Source of the DNA: a virus
Taxonomy: Duplodnaviria > Caudoviricetes
Strand: one strand, 5' to 3'
Virus record (IMG/VR): IMGVR_UViG_3300011102_000065
Location: 1-43,279 of that record
Length of the DNA stretch: 43,279 bases
The notes below the pieces were generated by a model that worked only from the letters and a program-made list of their open reading frames with translations, searched no databases and was not told the origin of the DNA. This document shows, piece by piece, positions 1 through 8,398 of the stretch. Numbering within the stretch: position 1 is the stretch's first letter; each line of letters opens with the position of its first letter. Both the position numbers and the translations under genes were made by a program.

Positions 1-123
1 CTTCGCCAGTCTCTGCGAGATGGCGCAGTGTTCGAGCAGCCTCTTTGGGCGTAATCTCCGACCAAAACTTGCCCGCATCCAAAGCGCTCGGCGTGAACAG
101 CTTGCCAGCCGTTTCCCAATCAA
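1..123. repeat. Terminal direct repeat, copy 1 (assembly overlap of a circular contig)
   Basis: 1-123 is identical to 43157-43279, and a coding frame runs through the join. Confidence 0.95.
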
Positions 124-343
124 GTCCCAGCACTTCAGCCGCTTCGTTGAACTCGTAATCAAATACGTCCTCGAACTTCTTATCCGAGAACATGCAGATA
201 GCGTGCCCAGCGATGCATGATGGCGAGCCACACGGATTGAAGTATCTCGACATCGTGAAGTGCGGCCCAATCTCGTCCATGTCATCGTTGTGAGGCAGCT
301 TCTCGATGTGCTCTGCGAGTGCAAGAATGCGTTCTTTATTCAT
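1..343 (-). CDS. Hypothetical early protein (122 aa), 5' part; continues across the junction to a stop at 43131
   Basis: Manual translation MNKERILALAEHIEKLP...CGSPSCIAGHA...ITPKEAARTLRHLAETGEVKWFDKLI*. AGGAG RBS upstream; 343+26 nt = 123 codons in frame across the join. Confidence 0.85.
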   Translation of the reverse strand, partial: MNKERILALAEHIEKLPHNDDMDEIGPHFTMSRYFNPCGSPSCIAGHAICMFSDKKFEDVFDYEFNEAAEVLGLDWETAGKLFTPSALDAGKFWSEITPKEAARTLRHLAETGE

Positions 344-453
344 GTCATCATCTCCTGTACACATGTGATGTGTGCAGCAGGTTTCGCGGGCCGTCTGCTG
401 CACACGTGTACGGCCAATGTGGTTACATGACACGCTCCATGCGTTCTCATCAT
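340..453 (-). CDS. Possible 37-aa leader ORF (MMRTHGACH...QEMMT), ATGA-coupled to the next gene
   Basis: GAGGT RBS just after promoter P1; the stop overlaps the next ATG. Could instead be a structured non-coding leader (hairpin at 370-405). Confidence 0.3.
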   Translation of the reverse strand: MMRTHGACHVTTLAVHVCSRRPAKPAAHITCVQEMMT

Positions 454-470
454 CACCAAATTACCTCTAA

Positions 471-499
471 AGTATATCATAAGGTAGCACCTATGTCAA
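471..499 (-). promoter_or_regulatory. Sigma70 promoter P1: TTGACA-17-TATACT with extended -10 TG
   Basis: Minus strand reads TTGACA taggtgctaccttatga TATACT, upstream of the leftward early genes. Confidence 0.85.
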
Positions 500-519
500 A
501 CCCAGTACGGCATATGCCT

Positions 520-529
520 TACACGTGTG
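520..529. promoter_or_regulatory. Palindromic box (TACACGTGTG) 20 bp upstream of the P1 -35
   Basis: Same position relative to -35 as at P2, P3 and P4. Confidence 0.7.
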
Positions 530-664
530 CACAAAACTAGAAAGTAATCCCCCCGCCGTGATTTTGCGTGTGCGTGCACGAGTACGGACGTGCAGAAACA
601 CGACAAAACGAATTTTGGGTGCACGAGTAGTGAGGGGCATCGACGGCGGGCACAGGGACACATC

Positions 665-678
665 TGTACACGTGTACA
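665..678. repeat. Perfect 14-bp palindrome TGTACACGTGTACA, type copy of the genome-wide motif
   Basis: The exact 12-mer GTACACGTGTAC is also at 14047, 29006, 35961 and 38638, with many 1-2 mismatch variants. Confidence 0.9.
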
Positions 679-702
679 CACGTGCTCAGCTGGAATTTAG
701 AC

Positions 703-738
703 AAAAAAAAAGCCCCACGGCTTTGTGAGCCATGGGGC
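703..738 (-). terminator. Rho-independent terminator after gene 758-1576
   Basis: GCCCCAUGGCU-CACAA-AGCCGUGGGGC followed by U9 on the minus strand. Confidence 0.9.
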
Positions 739-757
739 AAGGTGTTGTCGGCGTATG

Positions 758-1576
758 TTAGGCTGCGGCGGAACGCTTCGCAGGCACGTTGAACGTTTCG
801 TCGATCCAAGCCTTCACGTCCGTGAAGTCGATCATGCCTCGGTCGTCTGCGAATTTCATTGCAAACACTTCGCGCAGCGTCACCTCAAGGGATTGCTCCA
901 CAGTGTCGTCAAATTCGTCGATGGGCTTGCGCTTGCCGTCCGACGCAAGGCTGGACAGCACGGCAGCCAGAGACTTCGAAGCGTCCGCAATGACGTTGGC
1001 CGCAGGGTTCTTAGCACGCTCCGGCTTGTCCTTGGACGGCTTGCCAAGACGTTCGCGAATAAGCTTATCGCCACGGCCAGCAATCTGATTGCATGAGAAT
1101 GTCTCATTGACATACTCGCCATCGTCTTCTGGATCCGGCATCTTTGCCTTGAGCGCGCCAGTGCCAATCTTGTTTGTGTTGATGCTCTTGCATCCAGCCT
1201 CTCGGAGCCAGAAGACAGACTTCAAAGCACGTTCGAACATGATACGGGCAGCGCGAGCCTTGCGGTTCAAACCTTCCAGCGTGAATGCATCGGCCGTAGT
1301 ACGTTCCTTTGCAGGCTTGTCCTTGATCGACTGCATGTGCGCCAGAACCTTGTCAAAGTCGTCGCTCACCTCGGCAAGCATGTCGTCGATGATCGCCGTC
1401 TTGTCAGCGCCGCTCTTGCTGAACACGTTGGCAATCGCAGCGCTGGAATACGTTGCTTCAGAAGCGAACATTGCCACAACAAGTTCAGCCTGCCGATTGC
1501 CTTCTGTCGTCGCGTCACGCATGACGCCAGAGATGATGTTGGCAATCGGGGAAACGTTGCGAAGGTTGTTAGTCAT
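758..1576 (-). CDS. Hypothetical protein (272 aa) in a stand-alone transcription unit
   Basis: Long ORF with GAGGA RBS, its own promoter (P2) and terminator; no motif recognised. Confidence 0.85.
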   Translation of the reverse strand: MTNNLRNVSPIANIISGVMRDATTEGNRQAELVVAMFASEATYSSAAIANVFSKSGADKTAIIDDMLAEVSDDFDKVLAHMQSIKDKPAKERTTADAFTLEGLNRKARAARIMFERALKSVFWLREAGCKSINTNKIGTGALKAKMPDPEDDGEYVNETFSCNQIAGRGDKLIRERLGKPSKDKPERAKNPAANVIADASKSLAAVLSSLASDGKRKPIDEFDDTVEQSLEVTLREVFAMKFADDRGMIDFTDVKAWIDETFNVPAKRSAAA

Positions 1577-1625
1577 GTCTCATTCCTCACAGTTCGAATG
1601 CATGGTCATCAGTGACCATGCACAA

Positions 1626-1655
1626 ACCATAACACCATATGAGAACACGTGTCAA
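1626..1655 (-). promoter_or_regulatory. Sigma70 promoter P2: TTGACA-18-TATGGT
   Basis: Minus strand reads TTGACA cgtgttctcatatggtgt TATGGT. ACACGTGT overlaps the -35, and TACATGTA lies 20 bp upstream (1676). Confidence 0.7.
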
Positions 1656-2156
1656 GTCACATTCTGCATATGCCGTACATGTATGAACATGTTCGCGAAC
1701 TGTCCTTCACGTGCCGTCACATTCGCACATGTGTGCAGCGCATTCATGCACGTGCTGGGCAGTGACTGATCGTGTCGGACAGTGACTGGCAGCTGAACAT
1801 ATGTACAGGTTTTTCCAAAGTGATGCATGTGGCGAAGGGATGCGCCACCTCCCAGTCACTTGCACGCTCGATCACGTCGTCGTCAACACGAATGCAAATC
1901 GCAACCCCCCTATCCCCCCGCAAATGCAAAAGCGCGGGTGTTGTGTATGCGCGTGCACGTGGGAGTGAGCCACGTCCTCCCACAATCCTCCCCCTCCTTT
2001 ACGACAATGCACACACGTACACGCAGCACAAACATCCGTGCACATACCAAGGTAGCTCATGCGCGTGTACTTATGTGTAGTATATGAGAGTGGTGCGAAT
2101 ACTTAGAAGTGTTGGGGAGTGGGTGGGAGAAGAGGTGTAGATAGTAGATAGAAGAT

Positions 2157-2251
2157 AAAAGAAGGCCCGCGCACTCCTTCGGAGCACGCGGGCTAAGCTC
2201 GGGAGGAAGAAGGGACAGGAGTCGTGGTGACAGTGGAGTAGGTCAAGGTGT
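2157..2251 (-). ncRNA. Putative suhB/MmgR (alpha-r8)-like small RNA with an anti-SD motif; 5' end uncertain
   Basis: CUUCCUCCC-gagcuua, then a 13-bp stem whose G-U pairs fix the minus strand, then UUCUUUU. No ORF to terminate. Candidate -10 TATACT at 2258-2263, or TTGACA at 2311-2316. Confidence 0.55.
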
Positions 2252-2309
2252 CACCATAGTATATGACCCCGTGGCCCTTCCCGACCGAGGGTACTGTTGT
2301 ATATTTATA

Positions 2310-2338
2310 TTGTCAATATATTTATATGGTTGTATACT
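2310..2338 (+). promoter_or_regulatory. Rightward (structural operon) sigma70 promoter TTGTCA-17-TATACT
   Basis: AT-rich block with direct repeat TATATTTATAT (2300-2310, 2317-2327), upstream of the first rightward gene. Confidence 0.65.
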
Positions 2339-2392
2339 ACCTATTCCTACAACCTCTGATTTCTCCTTTATATATAGGGGCTCGTGCGGTCA

Positions 2393-2422
2393 TTGACGCG
2401 GCCTCACACATGTGCGCATACT
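2393..2422 (+). promoter_or_regulatory. Second rightward promoter TTGACG-18-CATACT with a motif copy in the spacer
   Basis: Spacer contains CACACATGTGC; GTGCATGCACATGT (2427-2440) covers the predicted start site. Confidence 0.55.
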
Positions 2423-2477
2423 GTTGGTGCATGCACATGTCGGCGCTGCTTCGGCATGATTTATGGAGACTCCTAAA

Positions 2478-2873
2478 ATGGCTACCTACAGTGGGCTGTG
2501 GAACAACGAGTACGGTGAGAGCTACTCGCTGCTCGGTTCCAACGTGAACATCGGCAACGGTCATACTGCGCTGTCTCGTGTGTTCGCAAATCGTCTGTAC
2601 TCCCGTGGTGCGCTTCGTGAACTGCTGAGTGAACTGCTTGGTGCTTCTGTTGGTGCGACTGCTGTGTCTTCGCATAAGCGCATCAAGGCGGAGCGTGATC
2701 TCGAAGCGAACGTGCTTGGCGGCAAGCGTACCATTGAGACGTTCATCGGCGTTAATCGTCCGACGACTGCGGATGATGTCGCTCTGTTTGACAAAGCGCT
2801 GCATCTGTCGTCTGCACCGAGTTACGTTGGTGATCGCTCCGGCAATGGTGGCGGCGGAAAGCTTGGGTGGTAA
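2478..2873 (+). CDS. Hypothetical protein, first gene of the structural arm (131 aa)
   Basis: GGAG RBS before ATG 2478; ends DRSGNGGGGKLGW. Confidence 0.8.
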   Translation: MATYSGLWNNEYGESYSLLGSNVNIGNGHTALSRVFANRLYSRGALRELLSELLGASVGATAVSSHKRIKAERDLEANVLGGKRTIETFIGVNRPTTADDVALFDKALHLSSAPSYVGDRSGNGGGGKLGW

Positions 2874-2875
2874 TC

Positions 2876-3811
2876 ATGCTGACGACAACTCCTGATCGTG
2901 CCCAGGCGATTGTCGCAGAAGCTCGGAGGCGTCTTGCTGAAATGGGAGGCAAGGCGTCTCAGCTTCCTGCGATGATCCAGCGCGTCACGCAAGAATATGA
3001 GCTATACGACCAGCAAGCGCAGATGTCGGATGGCGGTCATCCACACAACTACCAGATGCCGAACAACATGGATGCATACATCGATGAAGTTCTGCAAATG
3101 TCTGGTATGAAGCCGAAGCCGACCAAGTCTGCTGCTTCTTCACGTGCATCGTCTGATGCGTCTGCAAACCATCCGTCGCCGCCGCGCCGTCCCGCTGCGG
3201 AGGAACCGAAAGGTGAGACTGCTGTTGCAGAGGAAAGCAGTGATGGCGCTACACCGACTACGGAAGGTGGCGGTATCACTGGTAGTGATCTTGCTACTGC
3301 GGCTGGCCTTGTTGGCGGTACTGCTCTATTTTATCATTTGCTGCGTGGAGCCGGACGGACGCCGCAACAGGCGGAAGCTGATGCGCCGCGAACGCCTGTC
3401 GATGAGATGATCGACGCGATTGACGGCAATGATGGAAGCACATCTCGCGCTGTTGCAGTGCGTGGTACTACTGAGCCTGCAAGCGTCGATGCGCCTGGTG
3501 TTGTAAGCGCCGATGCACCTGATCCTCAGAGCCGCATTGATCAGGCATTCGCTATCGATGCTGAGGCACGTAGGGCACTTCCTCCTCCGCAGCGTGCAAT
3601 TCCTGACAAGTCTGCGAACTTCGAAAACACTGCACGTGCTGTTGCGGAAGCGTCTGATCCTGCCGATGCGGTTCGTCGTCTGCGCGAACTTGGTATGGAA
3701 CTGACACAGGATCAGGTTGACGCAATTGCGCGTGACTTCAAGACGCTGAAGGAGCGTGCGGCAAGCGTTGTAGGCCGCGCTGCGGGTGGTGCTGTTCGAA
3801 GGGCGATGTAA
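2876..3811 (+). CDS. Hypothetical Ala/Pro-rich protein (311 aa)
   Basis: Long ORF tightly packed with its neighbours, low-complexity middle, one Gly/Ala-rich hydrophobic segment. Confidence 0.8.
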   Translation: MLTTTPDRAQAIVAEARRRLAEMGGKASQLPAMIQRVTQEYELYDQQAQMSDGGHPHNYQMPNNMDAYIDEVLQMSGMKPKPTKSAASSRASSDASANHPSPPRRPAAEEPKGETAVAEESSDGATPTTEGGGITGSDLATAAGLVGGTALFYHLLRGAGRTPQQAEADAPRTPVDEMIDAIDGNDGSTSRAVAVRGTTEPASVDAPGVVSADAPDPQSRIDQAFAIDAEARRALPPPQRAIPDKSANFENTARAVAEASDPADAVRRLRELGMELTQDQVDAIARDFKTLKERAASVVGRAAGGAVRRAM

Positions 3812-4452
3812 TGCAGATCGTCAAGGGCGAGCCGCTTCGGTTGCCAGACGGAACGATGGTGCTGCCGGAAGCTGATCCAGACTCCGGCAGCAAAGTTGTT
3901 ACTGTGTCTGAGCAGCAAGAAGCGCAGACACGACAAGAGATTGAAAGAGAGTTGACAGATCTCTTGAACAATCCGATGACGAATGAGTTCTCGCAGACGT
4001 ACAAGCGCACTCTTGCAGATGTTGACGTCGAGTTTGCTCGTATGAACGTCATCATGCTCGTGCTGGCGTACACAATGTGGGGCCTCGATTCGTATGCGAT
4101 CAGTCAGTTGCTGAATGTGCGTACCGAACAGGTCGAAGCACTTAAGTCGTCTGACTTGTACAGCAAGACCAGCCAAGAACTGATTGAAGCAATTCGATAC
4201 GCTGAGGCTGCAACTGTACATGGGTACATCGCATCGAAGTCGCTTGCGGCTGCTCGTGTCGTTGCTGCTTCGCTTACAAGTCCTAGCGGCGATCTTCGTC
4301 TCGCTGCTGCCAAAGACATCCTCGATCGTGGCGGGTTCCGTCCTGCTGATCGTGTTGAGCACGTGATGAAGTTCGAGGATGAGCTGCGCATTCGTTACGT
4401 GCAAGACACGACGGATGTGCCTACCATTGATCTTGCTGCGGAGGAACTGTGA
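3811..4452 (+). CDS. Putative terminase small subunit
   Basis: Just upstream of TerL; HTH-like segment (LDSYAISQLLNVRTEQV) and RLAAAKDILDRGG motif typical of TerS-like proteins. Confidence 0.65.
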   Translation: MQIVKGEPLRLPDGTMVLPEADPDSGSKVVTVSEQQEAQTRQEIERELTDLLNNPMTNEFSQTYKRTLADVDVEFARMNVIMLVLAYTMWGLDSYAISQLLNVRTEQVEALKSSDLYSKTSQELIEAIRYAEAATVHGYIASKSLAAARVVAASLTSPSGDLRLAAAKDILDRGGFRPADRVEHVMKFEDELRIRYVQDTTDVPTIDLAAEEL

Positions 4453-4556
4453 TGGCGACGACTACTGACAAGTCTGGTAACGGTACGACCGTTCCCGACG
4501 AACACCTCAAGTCCAAGCTTGAAGAAATCGCTGACAACACGAAGCCGCAGGAGTAA
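4452..4556 (+). CDS. 34-aa microprotein MATTTDKSGNGTTVPDEHLKSKLEEIADNTKPQE
   Basis: TGATG overlap with the TerS stop, GAGGA RBS; fills the gap before TerL. Confidence 0.6.
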   Translation: MATTTDKSGNGTTVPDEHLKSKLEEIADNTKPQE

Positions 4557-4558
4557 TC

Positions 4559-6163
4559 GTGGCTGAGTATCGAATCATCCCCGGTAGCGTGCAGGATCGT
4601 TTCGGCAAGCTACGGACGAAGGTTCAAATTTTCGGCGGTGGCTACGGCAACGGCAAGACTGCTGCTGCCGTAGTCCAAAAAGCTTTGCACGTTGCCAAGT
4701 ACTATCCGGGAGCGAACATCCTGATTGCTCGCTCCACGTATCCGAAGCTGAATGACACAATCCGCAAGGAATTCTTGAAGTGGTGTCCGAAGGCTTGGAT
4801 TAAGTCGTTCCCATTGTCGAAGAATTCCGACAACACGTGTACGCTCACGAATGGAACGACGATCAACTTTCGGTACATCGCCCAGCAAGGTAAGTCAGCA
4901 AGTGCGGAAGATGGCGGACAGACCACATCAAACCTGCTGTCGGCCACGTACGATTTGATCATCGTTGACCAGTTGGAAGACCCGGAGATTACTGAGAAGG
5001 ACTTCAACGACCTTCTCGGTCGTCTTCGTGGTAACGCTCGTTACACCGGCAATGATCCAACGATGCCGCTCACCGGACCACGTTGGTTCATCGCGTGTGT
5101 CAACCCGACACGGAATTGGGTGTATCGGAAGCTGGTTGCTCCGTTGAAGAAGTACGAAGAACACGGTGTGATTGATCCGGCGCTTCTGTGTCTTCGTGAG
5201 CCTGCCGAACTTCCGAACGGACAACCGAACCCGCGAGCGGACGAGCCGATCCTCGACGCAGAAGGTAGGCCGCAGTTGCTCATCTCGCTTGTCGAAGGAT
5301 CGACGTACACGAATGCGCACAACCTCGGTGCAGACTTCATCGCCACACTTGAGAGTGCGTATCGTGGACAGTCCCGTGATCGGTTCCTGTACGGTAAGTG
5401 GGCTGCATACGAAGGTCTCGTGCATCCTGAGTTCGACGAGATTAATAACTGCATCCCACGTGAAGAGATGCTACACTATTACCAGATGATGCTTGGGCAA
5501 GGCATCGTCCCACGCTTCATCGAGGGATACGACTTCGGCATCGTCGAGCCGTGCTGCTACCTGATTGCGTTCGTTGATCGCTTCAAGAACGTGTTCATTG
5601 TCGATGGCTTCTACAAGCCGGAACAGGACTTCGATCTTGAAGAGCAGAAGAAACGCATTTGGGAGATACGGAACGAGCTTGGATGTGAAGACGAGTACAT
5701 CGAAGCCGACCCGTCTGTGTTCAAGCGTACGCAGGTCGTCAAGAATGCTGTCGGCATCAAGACGATTGCAGCGCTCATGAAGGAAGGCACGTACGGTGTG
5801 CGTATGCGTCCAGCAGACAACGAAGTTCTGCGAGGCATTGCGAAGGTCAACATGTACCTCACGCCGAACGATCTTCATCGCCATCCTATTCGAGGAGATC
5901 GTGGCGCACCGCATCTGTACATTGCGACCGAACTTACAGATGTGATCAACGAGTTCACGTCGTATTACTGGAAGGTCGACACAGACGGTTCACGTATCGA
6001 CAGTCCGATCGACAAGAACGATCACGCGATGAACACGATTAAATACATGCTCGCTCGTGAGCCCGATCTTGCAACGCGAGTAAAGCATGCACCGTCAACG
6101 GCTCATCTTACGATGTGGCGTGAGATGCCGGATAATATGAAGAGGTCACGTCGCCATGGCTAA
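4559..6163 (+). CDS. Terminase large subunit
   Basis: Walker A GGYGNGKT, Walker B LIIVDQLED, coupling motif CVNP, RNase H-like nuclease GYDFG / ADPS / NDHAM. Confidence 0.93.
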   Translation: MAEYRIIPGSVQDRFGKLRTKVQIFGGGYGNGKTAAAVVQKALHVAKYYPGANILIARSTYPKLNDTIRKEFLKWCPKAWIKSFPLSKNSDNTCTLTNGTTINFRYIAQQGKSASAEDGGQTTSNLLSATYDLIIVDQLEDPEITEKDFNDLLGRLRGNARYTGNDPTMPLTGPRWFIACVNPTRNWVYRKLVAPLKKYEEHGVIDPALLCLREPAELPNGQPNPRADEPILDAEGRPQLLISLVEGSTYTNAHNLGADFIATLESAYRGQSRDRFLYGKWAAYEGLVHPEFDEINNCIPREEMLHYYQMMLGQGIVPRFIEGYDFGIVEPCCYLIAFVDRFKNVFIVDGFYKPEQDFDLEEQKKRIWEIRNELGCEDEYIEADPSVFKRTQVVKNAVGIKTIAALMKEGTYGVRMRPADNEVLRGIAKVNMYLTPNDLHRHPIRGDRGAPHLYIATELTDVINEFTSYYWKVDTDGSRIDSPIDKNDHAMNTIKYMLAREPDLATRVKHAPSTAHLTMWREMPDNMKRSRRHG

Positions 6164-8366
6164 CGATATCGACAAGCAGATTGACGTCGTTGACGGCACG
6201 ATCACGCAGGAAGAAGCAAACGCACCTGAGTACTCGCGTGTGTATCAGGTGTACGAGAACACTCGCATCCCTGTCTCAAAGTCCATGGGCAAGCTATGGA
6301 AGACACGTTGGCAGGAGTGCAAGAAGCTTCGTGAGCATAACGGCGATGATGATCGTTGGGATGAGGCTATCAGGTACTACCAGAATGACCAAGGCGGTCG
6401 GTCTGGCAAGAAGTCTCGTCTGAACGAGCTCGGTTCCGGTAAGGCACATGAGTTTAAGTACGGCAGTGAGAACATTGTGTTTGCGAACGTGTCTGCGCTT
6501 GTGCCAGCTACGTACGCAAAGAACCCGGATATTGAGATCACTTCCGTCAAGCCTGAGAACGAGCCACAAGCTGAGCTATACGAGAAGCTGATCGATGAGT
6601 TGTTCCGTCGCAAGATCACTCCCGGCATCAACTTGAAGCCGAGGATGCGTCGTGCTGTCGTGACCACTACGCTCACCAACGTCTGCTATCTGGAACTGTC
6701 GTATGTCCGCAAAGAAGATAGTAGCGAACAGGCGATTCAAGAGATCGAAGCCCTGTCAAAGGAATTGGCAGAGGCAAAGAAGATTGAAGACATTCGAGAG
6801 ATCGAAGGAAAGCTACAGGCACTGGAACATAAAGTATCGTTCCTGTCCGCCTCCGGTCCTCGACTGCGTGTTCGTCTGCCTCACATGGTATACATTGACC
6901 CGAACTTTGAGGACGGCGACATTTGCAGTGCCGATTACATCATGATCGGTGACTACGTGCGTACGGACTTCCTTCGTGCTATGTACGGTCGCAAGAACGA
7001 CAAGGGCGACTGGATGAGCATCTATAAGCCCACGCACGTGTTGTCTGGTAATGTGGACTCGCAAGGGCACGACGACGAGATCAACAACTTCACGCTCTTG
7101 GAAGACGGAGCCGAACACGAGAAGTACGGCTACCGCAGCAAAGAAGAGTTCGATCACAACTGCCGTACGCTGTGCTGGTACGTGTGGGACAAGACCACTC
7201 GTCGTGTACTCATGTTCAATGACGCTGACTGGTCGTGGCCGATTTGGGTGTGGGACGATCCGTACAACCTGTCTCGTTTCTATCCGATCTTCCCACTCAT
7301 GTACTATACCGATCCGTGCACGTCGTTCGGTAAGTCGGAGGTCATGTACTACCTCGACCAGCAGGACGAGATCAATGAGATCAACAACGAACGTGCTCGT
7401 ATGCGGCATTGGGCGTTGTCGAAGGTCTTCGTCAACACGAACAATGTGAAGGATGCAACGAAGATCGAAAAGTTCTTGCGTGAGGATAGCGAGAGCCTTG
7501 TGTTCGGTCTCGAAATCCCAGATGGCAAGAAGCTGAGTGACATGATTGGAGCATTCCCCGCTCCGTCAACTCAGTTCGAGCAGCTGTTCGACACACGTCC
7601 TGTGCTTGAGAGCATCAACCGGCTCAGCTCAGTTACGCCGATCCTACAGAACGTGCAGTTCAAGACGAACACGACAAACCGAGCAATCGAGTCGTATGAG
7701 TCCAGCACGCAGATGCGTCTTGACGAGAAGATCGACGCTATCGAAGACCTTCTCGGTGATCTTGGTCGCGCATTGCTTGAGATGTGTGTCCAGTTCATGA
7801 CGCGGGATGAAGTTTATAATCTGCTTGGGCGTGAGTTCGTTGACAAGCGCGGTGGTTGGGTGGAAGCTCAAGACGTTGCTGCGTTCAATCGAGAGTTCAA
7901 CTTCTCGATTGTTGGCGGATCGACGCTCAAGCCGACAGCGAAGGTCAAGAAGGAGCAGGCTGTTCAGCTTGGACAGATTCTTGGACAGTTCGCCAACGCA
8001 AGTCCGATGCTTGTCATCGTCATGCTCAAGATGCTTGCACGTGCGTTCAGCGACGACGTGGTTATCACTCCAGACGAGTGGAACATGATTGTCGAAGGCA
8101 CGCAGATGCAGATGCAGCGTGGCGGTCCCGGCCAAGGTGGTGGAGGACAGCCTCAGCAGGGACAGGCTCAGCAGCCGCAACAGCAGCCGCAGGGCGATAA
8201 CGGTAATATGGCCGCCGTGATGGAACAAGTTGAAAGCATCATTGATCGGCTGCCGAACGAAGCAAAGCAATTCCTTGGTGCGGGTATCGCTCGTGGTATT
8301 CCGCTCAAGCAACTTGTGCAGCAACTGACTCAGGCTGCACAACAGCAACAGCAGCGTCCACAGTGA
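6156..8366 (+). CDS. Portal protein
   Basis: 736 aa directly after TerL, helical, with a Q-rich C-terminal tail as in podovirus portals. Confidence 0.85.
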   Translation: MANDIDKQIDVVDGTITQEEANAPEYSRVYQVYENTRIPVSKSMGKLWKTRWQECKKLREHNGDDDRWDEAIRYYQNDQGGRSGKKSRLNELGSGKAHEFKYGSENIVFANVSALVPATYAKNPDIEITSVKPENEPQAELYEKLIDELFRRKITPGINLKPRMRRAVVTTTLTNVCYLELSYVRKEDSSEQAIQEIEALSKELAEAKKIEDIREIEGKLQALEHKVSFLSASGPRLRVRLPHMVYIDPNFEDGDICSADYIMIGDYVRTDFLRAMYGRKNDKGDWMSIYKPTHVLSGNVDSQGHDDEINNFTLLEDGAEHEKYGYRSKEEFDHNCRTLCWYVWDKTTRRVLMFNDADWSWPIWVWDDPYNLSRFYPIFPLMYYTDPCTSFGKSEVMYYLDQQDEINEINNERARMRHWALSKVFVNTNNVKDATKIEKFLREDSESLVFGLEIPDGKKLSDMIGAFPAPSTQFEQLFDTRPVLESINRLSSVTPILQNVQFKTNTTNRAIESYESSTQMRLDEKIDAIEDLLGDLGRALLEMCVQFMTRDEVYNLLGREFVDKRGGWVEAQDVAAFNREFNFSIVGGSTLKPTAKVKKEQAVQLGQILGQFANASPMLVIVMLKMLARAFSDDVVITPDEWNMIVEGTQMQMQRGGPGQGGGGQPQQGQAQQPQQQPQGDNGNMAAVMEQVESIIDRLPNEAKQFLGAGIARGIPLKQLVQQLTQAAQQQQQRPQ

Positions 8367-8398
8367 CGTTGTGAGTCGAACCCGTAAGGAGACTTCTT

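Noticed and set aside
665-678. The palindrome as a host LexA (SOS) box
   Set aside because: It resembles the GAAC-N4-GTTC type, but the inferred alphaproteobacterial host uses a GTTC-N7-GTTC direct repeat, and a position near -61 is not typical of LexA repression. Not fully excluded if the host inference is wrong.
340-700. CRISPR-like array or tandem repeat in the palindrome-rich stretches (also 1640-2060, 35950-36280)
   Set aside because: Repeat units are short and degenerate with irregular spacing; there is no constant repeat-spacer period.
2110-2140. G-quadruplex or Z-DNA as the explanation for the unusual tracts
   Set aside because: Only three G3+ runs are present. The alternating RY tracts are better explained by a specific, positionally phased palindrome than by generic Z-DNA propensity.
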